The notes under the pieces were generated by a model, which saw nothing but the letters and a program-made list of their open reading frames with translations, had not been told where the DNA came from and ran no database searches. A DNA stretch of 63,444 nt, filler included, from Cercozoa sp. M6MM (lineage: Eukaryota; Protista; Endomyxa: Ascetosporea): the NCBI GenBank assembly GCA_040357565.1. It is 10 parts of 10 records of this genome, joined end to end, with 100 filler letters (N's around TTAATTAATTAA, not from the genome) between each part and the next. Parts side by side here need not be neighbours in the genome. Positions count along the whole stretch, not along the records: positions 49,377 to 58,316 come from JBDODJ010000502.1; positions 58,417 to 63,444 come from JBDODJ010000990.1; 8 more parts are not named here. The stretch is one strand, 5' to 3'. Every line of letters starts with the position of its first letter. Within the stretch, counting starts at the first letter, position 1. The position numbers and the translations under genes are program-made. Shown in pieces: positions 50,207 through 63,444 of this stretch.

Positions 50207-51882
50207 TTGGCTATGAGGCGAGCAGAGCGAGCACGTCGTTCCGGAAGGCAAATTTGTGAGGATCTAGCTGTCAGAAATACGTTGAAGCAAAAGAGCGACA
50301 GCAAATCAAGACGAAGCAGCAGCATATCGTCCCGGAAGAAAGAGCAACAACCGACGAAGCAGTTTCCTTCGTTCAAGCCGGCAGATCCCCGCGCCATTGG
50401 CCACACAGTTCCACGAAGCATCCCACAGCTCCCTGATTCGGTGACCGAGTGGGACATCATCGAAGCCATGCGTCAGCAGCTTCTTGTGGAACAAGACGAG
50501 TTGCGGACGCTTGAAAGTCGGCAGCACGCGATCGAATCGTCGCGCGTGAACCGCGACATCAGCCAAGGACACTTGAAATCGCTAAAGACTCTGATTCGCG
50601 AGAAACAACGTGCTGGAGAAGCTGAGCGCAGACGTTGGCTGCGCGAAGATGAACGATACAAAAAGAAGCAGCGCGAGGAGTTCTTGCGCAAGCAAAAGCT
50701 CAACGAAGAGTTGAAACACGAGATGGAGACATTCTCGTACAGCTTCAGTTGCAATTCTGTCATCGCTGTGTAAACTACTGTCACAATGACTTCAGATATT
50801 GCTTGTAAGTTTAGTGAACGGCAGCAAACAGCTCAACGGGAGCGTATCAAAGAGGAACGGCGATACCTCGAAACGGTTAAAGCCGAAGAGCGCGCGTATC
50901 TTGAAAAGATGCAACAGAAACGACAAAGACAGCGTGAGCTGTGGCTGCAGAGCTTTCGCGAGAACGAAGCCAATCAGCGACGCAAGCGGGAACTTGAGCG
51001 ACAGCAACGCCAGCAAGATGTACTTCTAGTGCAGCAACAAAAGCAATTGCTTGAGCAACAAGAACGGCGCCGTCAGGTTTGTCCCCAGGGTTTTCGAATG
51101 GTATCAATGTTTCTTCTTTGTTGCGCGTAGGAACAACGAAGAAACATGCTGCGGACGGTGGAAACTCGCGAAGAAGAGGCAAAAGCGTTGCTTCGGCGAC
51201 GAAGCGAAACCTTTCAGCGCGAGCAACAACGACTGAAGCAGCAGCAAGACGAAATATTGGAGCGTGCTCTCCAGAATGAAAAGGTATGCATCTCGTTACA
51301 GCCGTCTACTGCTTCATGCGACTAAAAGTTGGACGGTACATAGGAACGCGCACAATTTCAGAAGCAAGAGGTTCTCAAGACGCAGCGTGCGCTACAACAG
51401 CAAATCAAAGAACACGAGCGAACTCGACGGCAGCAGTATGATCAGAAGCTGCTGGAACGAAGCGAGCTTGGTCCGTTCAGTTCCGTGCTCTTTTGAGTTT
51501 CAGCAACTGAGTTTTTGAAGTGAACAGAAGCGCGCTTAAAAGCCGTCGACGAAGAGCAAGCGAAAGAGCGTGCACGACGCGCGCGACAGTGGCAGCAGTA
51601 TGCCCTGGAACTGCGCGAGCAAGAGAAGACGCAGAGGTACAGTAGCTTGGACACTAGCAGTGCGAGCGAACTCGACTGTTGCACAGATCTCGACGGGAGA
51701 CCACCATCAGTGAGACGGAACTCGCCCTCAACAAGGCTTTGCTTGACAGGTACTACGAAGTGAAAGCACAGCAGCAGGCGCAGAAACGGCAAGAGTCATT
51801 GCAAGGCATGTCGTCGCCGGTTCTCTCCCTGCACCGACAGCGCGCGCTAATGCAAGGCCGCTCTGCCATTGGCTACGGCTGA
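50207..51882 (+). CDS. Trichohyalin-like E/R/Q-rich coiled-coil protein, possibly ciliary
   Basis: Long charged helical exons; C-terminal ISETELALNKALL. Confidence 0.6.
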
Positions 51883-51989
51883 CAGCCGATCGCCGCATCA
51901 GACGTTCCACTCTAAAACCACTTTACGTTTTTTACTAAGCCAACAACTAAAACGCGAACTGGCCCGTGCCATGTCGTGGTTAAAACGGG

Positions 51990-53940
51990 TTAATTCGACG
52001 CGATAGTCGCACGAGCCAGGCCGGAGCGAGGGCCTGCATACATGCACACGTATTCAAACATGCGATAGGATGCTAAAGGCGAAGATTGTACGATAAATTC
52101 AGTGTGTACCCGGCGGTCCAGCTTACGTCCGAGCGGCTTGGGCGCCAGCTCACTGTCACTGTCGCTGCTATAGCCACCACTTGCACTTGTGTTTGCGTGT
52201 CGCCGCATGACCTGCACGATGTCGTCCACTGCACTCGCACACATGTGTCCCCACAACACCAAAAGGTCAAAATGCCAACCCAAGATGTGTCGGCCAGCAA
52301 TGAGGTCCTCCAGGAACGGTGACGTGTGTGTGCCGTCGTTGTAAGTCTTGGCACGCACCTGCACACGTAAGCAAAAGGTATTTCTCATACCAGAGAACAA
52401 CACAGTCTCGGTACCGAGACGCCCTTGCTGCTGAGAGCATCTCTGAACCGCAGCATCGAGTCCTACAAAGTAGAGGTGTCGGGGGAACAGGGGGAGGGGG
52501 ATTGAGGGTAACAGAGGAGTAAAGCACCACTGGCACGCACTGATCGGCATCGCCGTGCAGCAGCACAAACGGAGGCAGCAACTGCGCCTGCTCCTCTGTT
52601 AGATGCTAAAGTCCACACGCACTCTTAAGCATACACAACAATGATCACAAGTAGGCTGTCCAAATTACGTCCAGAGCGATGCGCACGGGCGAGTGCTGCG
52701 CCACGCGGTGCGAGAATATCGAGCCCACAATCGAGCCTGTGTCCAAAGAAAGATTTCAGAAGGGAGAAGGTAAAATAGTGATGAAGCGTAAACACACGGT
52801 AGAAGCCGCGCGCGTGCCACCAGTCGAGACAGCCGTCGACATCGAAGGCACCCGACAGTCCGACGAACGCCTTGACTCGGTGCAGTCGGTGCGTGCTGCC
52901 GTTGCGTGCTTGCTGCAGCAGCAGCAACGACACCAGATGAGCGCCGGCACTTTGTCCCAGCACACACACCGAGTTGCTGTCGCCTGGGGGAAAGGAAGGT
53001 AGATAAGAAGCAATGCGAGTGAAACACACAGTACCGCCGTAGGCGTGAATGTTGTTGCGCACCCACGTGATGGCCACATCGATGTCATGCAGCATGTCAC
53101 TGATGCGACCTTGAGGGTAGTTCGTGTAGTCCCTATGGAGACCATCAAGGGTAGCAGGCAGGGGACAAATCAGGTGTTAAGAAGGAGGGCACTAAATACA
53201 CAGAAACGACGACAAAGCCACGCCGCGAAAGAAACCACGCGAGCAGCGCATTCCACGCCTTGTAGCCAATGGTCCACATGCCACCTGGAACCAACATTAT
53301 CACCGGGTACCGCTGTCGCTGTCTGCAAAAAGAATACCAAAACATAAGCGGACAGGAGTAAACAAAGCCTAAGCAATACGATCCATCCACGTCGCTCCAA
53401 CCGTCCGGATGATACACGTCCACGGCCTGTCGGAAGCCGGGTCCATACCGCAAATTCGTTCGCACAAAACGCGACGTCGCCAACGTTACCGCCACGCGCA
53501 CTATCACCGGCCCACTAAATCACACATGCACAACGGATAAGGGAAGGCACAGTGTAAGGTAAGCATGGGATGCAAGGTAAAGCGAAAGGGCGAAAGCGGA
53601 TGGAGAGGAAGCTTAGGAAACTAAGAAGGAAGCTGCGAAAAAGCCTACAGCGAAATTCCGAAGAGCACAAGACGCGCTGTCATCTACAATTTAGAGCACC
53701 TTTATTTTTTCGGGCAGTGAACAGAAAAGTGCACGGTACCAAAAGCCATCGCCAACCTTGTCGGCACAGTGCAGTGCCTGTAAAAGTATGAGTATCCCAA
53801 TCAAAGCACTCAGATAAGAGCAATTCAAGCTTGCTCCTCTTTTCAATGCGGGTGTCAAAAACTACCGAGTTGCACTGCATACAGCAGCAGACGCGGGAAA
53901 GAAAAGGCGAAAGCCGCCAGAGCTTGCGTTAGACGCGCCT
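51990..53940 (-). CDS. Isoprenylcysteine methylesterase-like alpha/beta hydrolase
   Basis: NLRYG..RQAVDVYHP, VPGGMWTIGYKAW, DYTNYPQG, GQSAGAHL, LLHGDADQCVP and YNDGTHTSPFLED; ends approximate. Confidence 0.88.
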
Positions 53941-54328
53941 ACAGCCAACGGGGTAAATTATCCCCAAGAGTGAGACATTGACCCAGCCTACAGCGAGCCG
54001 CACGCAGTCCCACACTGCAACCCGCATCCGCGCGGAGGACGGTGGGGTCTTTTCACCTTGACACCTGGTGACCACGCTGACTTCTTGTCACACGCACTAT
54101 CAGACCTAACGACCCGTTTCAGAGCGTGCCAGAGTCCCCAGAAAAGCAGTGCACGTCAGTAAACACACTCGGATTGCGCTAAGACGCACTTTTAGCGCTG
54201 ATCGGGGGTGACGACGGGCTGAGCGATGATCGATTCGTATTTTTAAACCGACAAAAATACGAAAAGGCTCTAGCCTGGCATGCACGTCATGTCACGGCGG
54301 CATCTCGGAGTTTTCGCATTAACAAAGA

Positions 54329-56570
54329 ATGGAGCTGTGCAACACCGGGATCACTACGCATAGAGTGTTCATAAGGTTAGTTGCCGCATCACATCTTCCG
54401 CACGAAGACCCGCCGCTGTGTTGCAAGGAAAGTGAGCAATTTAGCCCGAGATGCGACTGCTTTTGGGAGCGTTGATTGCAATTGAAGGAGTGTGTGCCGC
54501 GTACTTTGGACAGGGCTCTTTGGGTACAGACACAAACTATAGCTTTGCCTTAGCAGTTTTGTCGAACTGGAAACTGCTTTTTTGTAAACAGTGCCTTGGC
54601 AAGGTGCCACAGGGTACTACGCGCCCCAGTACGGTCAGCAGTATGCACAAGCCAGCTACACGACATCGTGCGTCTACTGTGTGCCTGTAAAACTTGTGCT
54701 CTGCTCCTGCAAGCTGTTGTAAAAATCAAGTGTGGAACTGCATTTTCTGATTGTTCGCCAGGGCTACCCTCCTCGGTACTACCGCACTTGGGACGATGTG
54801 CTGCGTCACTTTGGTCTGCTGTCGGGTCTTCCCTGCTGCGAAGCCACTGAGCAACCGCGTCGGATGGATTGCGGCTGTGGCAACAACCCGTGTGAAACGT
54901 ACGGCAACACTGGCGACACCGGCAGCACTAAGCCCATGATGGACGAGTCGCCTCAGTACCCAATCGAACGTACTTTTGAGCACGCTCCGGATCTCCGAAA
55001 CTGCCTTATGCTTTGACTCCTGGTGTGCTGTAGCGCTTGTCAAACCTCAGAATGAATCCGAGCCGTCCACTCCTGCCATGGCAATGATGCACACACCGCT
55101 GCAACCAGACGCTCCTCGCAAACACAATCAGGTACAGTAACACCTCGTTCCAATTCCCCTCATATAAACTGAATACCTAAATACCTTTCACACAAAAAAG
55201 CAAAAAGCTTCAACGACTGATATCACACTTGTAAATTTAGTGGCCGCTGGAGACTCCGAGTCCTCTCGCCGTGGGCAGTGTACAGGTGCGATTCAAGAAC
55301 AAAGCGGCACATTCTTCTGCCCCGATCAGTACATTTCACTCACACCCCTACTGTATCGTTCAGTTGTTCCTTTACTTATCCCTTTTCCTCAGACACTGCG
55401 CGCACTCCAGAGGAACTATTTGGTATCCTTTAGTTCAGTCAGTTGCTTCGTTCCAGTTTCTAAAGTCGACTGTTTACTGCTCCTAATCCCCACTCCCGGT
55501 ACTTTGAGTAGGCGCAGTGGAGAGTCCGAACACATCGGAAGCAGCGGCGAAAGCGCCCAAGCCTCATAGCTTTTGGCACGAGTACATGGAGCAGCACACC
55601 ACGCCACGCATTCCGCTGATGGTACATCTACTTTTAACAGTTTGGCTACAGTTTTCCTTTAAACCTTGTGTGTTGACACAGCCTCCTGTCAACGAAGCCT
55701 CCGTGTCGAGTCGTTGTAGCACCCCGTTGCTGTCGGAGCCCGACACTGGCATCGTTGTCAACACTGACGGTCGCACCGAGGTTCTATTCTGCCATACAGC
55801 CTCTCCTCAAAGCCTGTGTGTATGTTCGATCAAATCCTGACTCCCTCTTGCTCCCTCCCATAGTGTGAGCCATCGCGTGCCGACATGTTGCTGCATGTAA
55901 GCTGACTGGACTTAACTTTGTTCTTTAGGATACTGTCTCAACTTTATTCTCGGCTTTTTGTCTTTAGCTTCCCAACTCGGATGAGCCCAGTTCATCCGCA
56001 CAAGCTGTAGACTTCTCTAGGGTGACTTTATCTTTGTCTTTACTGTATCTTCTTGTTCGCTGCCAGGCTTCCAATAACACTGACAACACGGACGGGCAGA
56101 GCTCGGCTCGCTCGCAGAACAGTCGGCCTGAGGAAGACGTCGATGTGCACATTGGTACAGTGATTCATACTCTCCGTTCTTTGTTCCTTGTGCTTGCGTA
56201 TTGTAGTTGTGCTGTGACTCTCTCAGTCGATCGCGAGACAGGCGAACTCATGATGCAAGCCGAACTGCGCAAGGCCTTCTTCCCGTCGACCTTCCAGCAG
56301 GTGCACTGTTCTCGCAGTCTCTTCCAATAGAGCACCCCCCAGCCTATCTCTGAGCAGATGGAGCAAAAGCAAGTCAAGCAGTCCGAATCTGAGTCGGAAG
56401 TAGAGACCGAGGCCGAGTCAGAGGAGGAAGAGACCGAGGCCGAGTCAGAGGAAGAGACCGAGGCTGGCGAGGCGGAAGATGCCGTGTCCGAAGCGTCCGC
56501 GCAGAGCATCGCGTCAGAGGATTCGCAGGAGGTCCAGGTTACTGAGGTCGACCCTACCCAAGAGGAGTAG
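54329..56570 (+). CDS. Hypothetical multi-exon protein with acidic C-terminus
   Basis: Exons joinable in frame by GT-AG introns, ending in EAESEEEETE repeats and TAG at 56568-56570; start uncertain. Confidence 0.55.
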
Positions 56571-56941
56571 CCAATAGGCCGTGATCCATGCTTGCTAGAC
56601 GGGGTACGTGTATCAACACAGTATCATAATCTGTAACGTATATGCGCGGATGGCACTTCGGCGGACTCGGAAACTTAAAGGCGAATTATTGCGCCAGCGC
56701 GGAAACCCGTCCGACCGTAAAGTTTGATCCTGCTGACATCTGCCGTGCATTTGCACCGTTTGCACGTTATGAGCGAAACTGAAACTAATCTGTTACTGCG
56801 GCACAATGCGATGCGGTCAAGACCTCCACGCGGACGGGTCAAGCGAAGGCAACGCAATGACTGGAACGTAACGTAAGTGTGCAACAAAACTTTGACTAAT
56901 GCACGTGTCTGGTCTGGCGCTGGTGCGTGCATAAGTCTCAT

Positions 56942-58316
<1,375 letters not shown>

Positions 58317-58440
58317 NNNNNNNNNNNNNNNNNNNNNNNNNNNNNNNNNNNNNNNNNNNNTTAATTAATTAANNNNNNNNNNNNNNNNNNNNNNNNNNNN
58401 NNNNNNNNNNNNNNNNTCCTCTTAAAAGAGTGAGAGGGAT

Positions 58441-58488
<48 letters not shown>

Positions 58489-58498
58489 NNNNNNNNNN

Positions 58499-58548
<50 letters not shown>

Positions 58549-58572
58549 ACTTATGGTTGTGTGTCTGCACCA

Positions 58573-59746
58573 GGTCAAGAAACTGCCGAATCTGAGCTTT
58601 GACGTGAGCGACGCCGTCAACGCCGTCGTGTTCGAGAAGCTGCCGCTTTTTGTGCACAACACAGTATCCACCCCCTACCCGCTGTACACTCAGTGCAACC
58701 ATTGGGTACACTGCACAGCAAGTGTTTCACGATCGCAAGCTGCACGAGTGCGACCTGTCTTCGCAAGCCTACCGGTGCAATCACCCGCACACACCACGCG
58801 CTCAGTGGTAAATATAGAAGTTTTGTTTCATGTGTGTACGCAGAGATGCGGTCGAGGAACTCGTGGAGTGGATGGGCGGCTATCCAGAGGGAGGTACATA
58901 TTCGCGTACACATACACCTTGCCTGTACATGCAAAGACACACTGGCACACACAGACACGCCGTTGATCTACAACCTGCCCACTGTTCCCAGTCTGGCCGA
59001 GTGAGTTCTTGTCCTACCCATATGGTGTTGTATGTGTACTCAAGCATGTATGTATTAGGGTTCTCCGAATGTTGCGTGAATACCTGCCTGCTGGTACCGG
59101 GTTGTTTCCAGCCCGTCCGTCCACCCATTCGGTATCGCTCTGTTTGTGCTGTCGAGACAGACGACTCCTTGGGCATGCAAGAGGTTGGGGATGTTGCCGC
59201 ATTGTTTGCCGACACGGGCGGCAGATTCTGCAACTCCACCAATTCAAACTGCCTTCTCTCTGCGTGCGTTTTCGCCTACAGAACCCTTGACTGTTTGTAC
59301 CTCCTCTGATCGGCATTTTGCAGGTGTGCCTACCGTTCGTTCTCGCAACGTTGGAGTCTCTCCAACCGTTCCGGGATGTGGTTCCGGCCGCAGCTGCAGG
59401 CAGACTTTGTTGTATGCTAAAGTCTCTTTTTGCCCCCTTTTCGGAACGGCCAGAGTGTCTGCTTGTGCGTAGGAAAATCATGCCCATACGCAGCTCGTAC
59501 GACTCACCGGAGGGTTCAGGGGCGTCGATAGCTTGTTCAACTCAGTGCGTCCGACACACGTGAGTGTGTGTGTGTGTGTGTGTTTATGTGTGTGTGTATG
59601 TGTCTGTGTGTCTATGCTGATATATGCAATCTGAGTGCAGCGCAACGACTGGTACGGTACCAACGGGCTGCCGCAGTTTCACATCGACACTCGTGACACA
59701 CGTACCCTCCCAACGGACTTCTGGTGTGTGTGTGTGTGTGTGTGTA

Positions 59747-59783
<37 letters not shown>

Positions 59784-60306
59784 CTCTGCGGTGGTGCAGA
59801 CCAACTCAAGCACCGCAAGGCACTGGCGAAACTCGTGTGCACTGCCACGCTGCGCATTCTGCTTGGAGGTGCTGTGCATCAGTCTGTATGCTTGCATGCA
59901 TGCATGCAAGTGTGTGTATGTGCATGTGTCCAGTGCAAGGCAAGATTGACTACCGCGCGCTCGTGCAGCGCTTTCTGATGCGCGACATTCTGGCGCGACT
60001 CGATACCAACCGAGGTGTGTCGTCTGTCTGTTCTCGTTTCTCTTCAAAGGCAACTGAAGCCTGTTTTTGTGTGTGTGCCTTGGTCTTCAGAGTGCCAGCA
60101 GCTTGGCAATGCCGAACCCATTCTTCGCGAAACCGAGGTGCCTCCTTTATCTTACAGCCTCACACTTCGCTGGCTTTGACACACATTGACTGGCGCAGAT
60201 GATGCATAATCTGGCTGCCTACGTGGGTTACAAACAACTGCACGTTACGGTACCCCATATACTGCTCTGTCGGTCTGCATTGCTGTATTTTGCCGGTCTC
60301 TGTATC

Positions 60307-60371
<65 letters not shown>

Positions 60372-61637
60372 GAAATTGAATCGCTGTGGCCACTGGCACC
60401 CGAGGTACGTCATCCTCTAGATTCTCCTCGTGACTGCTACTTATCTAGACTGTTTGTGCGGTGTTCGACAGGACGACAGTATTAGGCCGGCCTTGGACCA
60501 CGTCGGAGACGTACTTTTGCCTTGCCTTGCCTACTTGCCTGCCTCTTGATTTCCTGGTCTGTCTGTGGTGAGTAGGTCGAGCGAGTGCCTCTGCTGCGTC
60601 GTACCTCGTAGTCCTACTGATAAACTGATCTGTCGGGGGTGTAGTTGGGAGATCTATGTAAATTATGATACAGAAGCATGCTGGGTGACAAGAAGCACGC
60701 GCTCTCCGACAGCGACGCTGCCAGGTACATACGAGTAGACAGGTGACGCACACTAGGTCTAAGTTGTGTCTGTGTCTGTTCGCAGACTCAAGCAGCAGTT
60801 TCCGGAGAACTGGAACTTTTTCGACTACCAGGTATCTTCTACGGTCGGTCTGGTGACCTTGCCGTATACAGGGTCATGTTGTGTGTGTGTGTGTGTGCGT
60901 GTGTGTGTGTGTGTGTGTGTTCACACAGCGTGGCAACATTGTCGCCATGCTGGAACGGGTAGCTTTTCTCACAACGCTGCGGGAGGGGGGGGGGGATAAA
61001 TCCATCCTATGCCCAGGAACGCAAGGGCGAAGTCGACGTCAACCTGCTCAGGTGTCTCTTGTTTCCTGTGTTTCGGGTAGTGTATCTTTGGGCGAGGTGT
61101 TTTGTGTATATGTGTGTTCTACAGTATGTTGTCGCCTCTGCCGGGTCGTCTGCGACTGCCGCGCGTCGACGCACTGGCCGTTGATGTGCGCGGACACTCG
61201 GGCAAGTTTCTCGGCTTTTTCTGCGACGCCTCGTCGGGCCTACTCTTTGCGGTGCAGCCGCAGCACGAAGCATTTGCACTACGCATGTACACTAGTCCTA
61301 CATAACTTATGGGATATAGGAGTACACACACACACACATACACATACACAGGCAGCTGCCGGGCGGTGTGCTTGCCGATCAAGTCGGCCTTGGTGTGTTC
61401 TGTCTGCACTAGGGACCTAGCCTTCTACACACGTGTGTGCGCAGGCAAAACGGCGCAGTTGCTGGCTGTGTGCTGTGCCAATGACACCGACCTCTTCCGT
61501 CGCAACGGGTGCACTATATGTCTATACTACTCAATTTACTGAGTGTCTCTGCCATATGGACATATGTTACCACCAGCAGCGGCAAGATGACGGACGACGT
61601 TGACGAAGAGAGTGAGGATGCTGGTATGGCCTCTCGC

Positions 61638-61686
<49 letters not shown>

Positions 61687-61696
61687 NNNNNNNNNN

Positions 61697-61756
<60 letters not shown>

Positions 61757-63202
61757 GACCTCCCGGTGGCTGCTCGTCGCATCTACGACTCGACGTACGT
61801 TTGTGTTTAATCAATCTATATGTATATTTAAACTGAATGATTGTATTCAATTTTATTTTGTTGTATTAGCATATCTCTATTTTAACTCTTGCCCCCGGGC
61901 TCGTCTTGAGTTATCGGTGCTATTGTATTTTATTATTGTGCGATACTGTGTTATATTATGCCCTGTCACACTATCTGACACACATATGGTATCAAACTAT
62001 CTGTATCATACGGGATCAAGCTATCTGTAGTATATGGTACCAAACTATCTTATATACATGATCTGTATGACAGCACCAAACGCACCGCCGTAACGATGGA
62101 AAAGCTGCGTATCGTTGCCACCAAGCACGAGGGTGCTGCCTCCAGTTTTTAATCCTCCAGTTTGTTGTCTATGTGTGTGGCTGCTGCATAGACAACGTGA
62201 CATTCAGACGACTGCGTTCGGATGTGCCTTCCTGCCACTTTACTTACCTTGTGTTTGCGAGTTTTGTCGACTTACATATGTCTGCGTGCACACAGGCCAC
62301 GCTGGTGCTGTGTCCGGCACACCTGTGCGAGCAGTGGTAGCTGTCCTCCCATTCTGTGTATTGTATTTCAATTACCGTGCTGTGTTCCCGCAGGGCGACC
62401 GAGTGCCGCCGACTCGTTGCTGACTGTATTGCTGTTTCAATACTCTTACTCATATATATATATATATATACCCAAAGGCAAGGAGCGCGAAGATGCCGTG
62501 GTGGTGTGCGCCAAGCCTCGCTCGCACGTACTCCTTCCTTCTGGCTGGCCCTACGGTAAAGTTTGACCCACACATACACACATGCTGCACAGGGCAAGAT
62601 CAAGGGCTTTGCGATGGTGCGAGCTCGCTTTGTGGTACTACACGCATATCTGTACCAGTCGATGTCTGCTGGTATGGACACATGTCTAGATCGTGTCATT
62701 CGAGGCGCTTGACGACCTGTACGTGAGGTACAGTGCCTGCGCATGTGTGCCAGTCTGCGAATGTGCAGTTTCCGCAGGTCAGGCGGTCACGTGGCCACGG
62801 AGTTGCTAAACTTGCTTCCACTCAATGAGCCGAGTACACCTTGCCCTAGTCTACATAAACCATCTGCAGTCTGACTGACTGGGTTACTGCAGCACTCATG
62901 GCGCGACAGGGCGGCAAGGTTCCGCCTGGCTTCCACTGCAGCGTCGATGATGTACATACGCGCGTGCACATACATGCCGATATAGATATATATATATATA
63001 TATATATGTATTTATGTGCATCTAGAGGTACCTGATATTTGTATCCCAGGTGGGAACAGCACGTCTGCGCAAGTCCAGCGCCTTGCTTCCACACAATGTA
63101 GACTCGTTCCGAACCCAGTGTGTTTATGATGCACTGGAACACTTGACCTCACATGTCGAGACAGGTGCACTGGCGTCGCATCATCATGGACGAGTGTCAC
63201 GA
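58573..63202 (+). CDS. Large SNF2-family ATPase (Rad5/Rad16/SHPRH-like), both ends truncated
   Basis: Q motif FFDYQ, motif I GGVLADQVGL|GKT, motif Ia ATLVLCPAHLCEQW and motif II HWRRIIMDECHE. The upstream exons (58573-60700) are assumed to belong to the same gene. Confidence 0.85.
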
Positions 63203-63354
63203 GTTGTACAACATTTCCTCCACCCTCCCTCTGTTGACTGTACCTGTATGTATGTTTAACCTTTATCTTCAGCCTGAGTGACACTGCCCTGGAAACTTGG
63301 ATGAGCACTGGTACTGAGCCATTTGTGCTTGTATGCTTATTTATATATACGCGC

Positions 63355-63356
<2 letters not shown>

Positions 63357-63444
<88 letters not shown>
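63357..63444 (+). repeat. (TG)n microsatellite; others at about 17300, 22180, 27224, 47689, 57461, 58442 and 61640
   Basis: Read directly from the sequence; frequently coincides with contig ends or gaps. Confidence 0.95.

Overview
This is eukaryotic, protist-like genomic DNA, not prokaryotic. It is about 10 separate contigs joined by artificial N-padded TTAATTAATTAA linkers, so adjacency across a linker carries no biological meaning. It is gene-dense, and genes are split by very many short (~55-90 nt) GT-AG introns, which makes the six-frame ORF track largely uninformative. Splicing exons by hand gives recognisable genes: CSDE1/UNR-like cold-shock protein, SEC11, GINS Psf3, a SMYD-type SET protein, an importin-beta-family protein, dUTPase, GMP synthase, NAC-alpha, SAGA Tada1, TFIIH Tfb2/p52, coronin-like protein, PDK1, Spc24, an M28 aminopeptidase, a prenylcysteine-methylesterase-like hydrolase, Prp3 and a Rad5/Rad16-type SNF2 ATPase, plus several unknown genes. 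All family calls are from recalled motifs, not database searches, and many gene ends are approximate. The genetic code appears standard. The most unusual signal is in the introns: a strand-locked degenerate TTTACCCC repeat (always C-rich on the sense strand, concentrated in gene-interior introns), other intron-specific tandem repeats, extreme intron density and very weak 5' splice sites. Other notable items are a LINE-like insertion flanked by 15-bp direct repeats, a G-U-rich hairpin in NAC-alpha intron 1, a palindromic 21-bp tandem array, a ~100-aa insertion in the PDK1 activation segment and one candidate U12-type donor. No CRISPR array, tRNA or rRNA was recognised.
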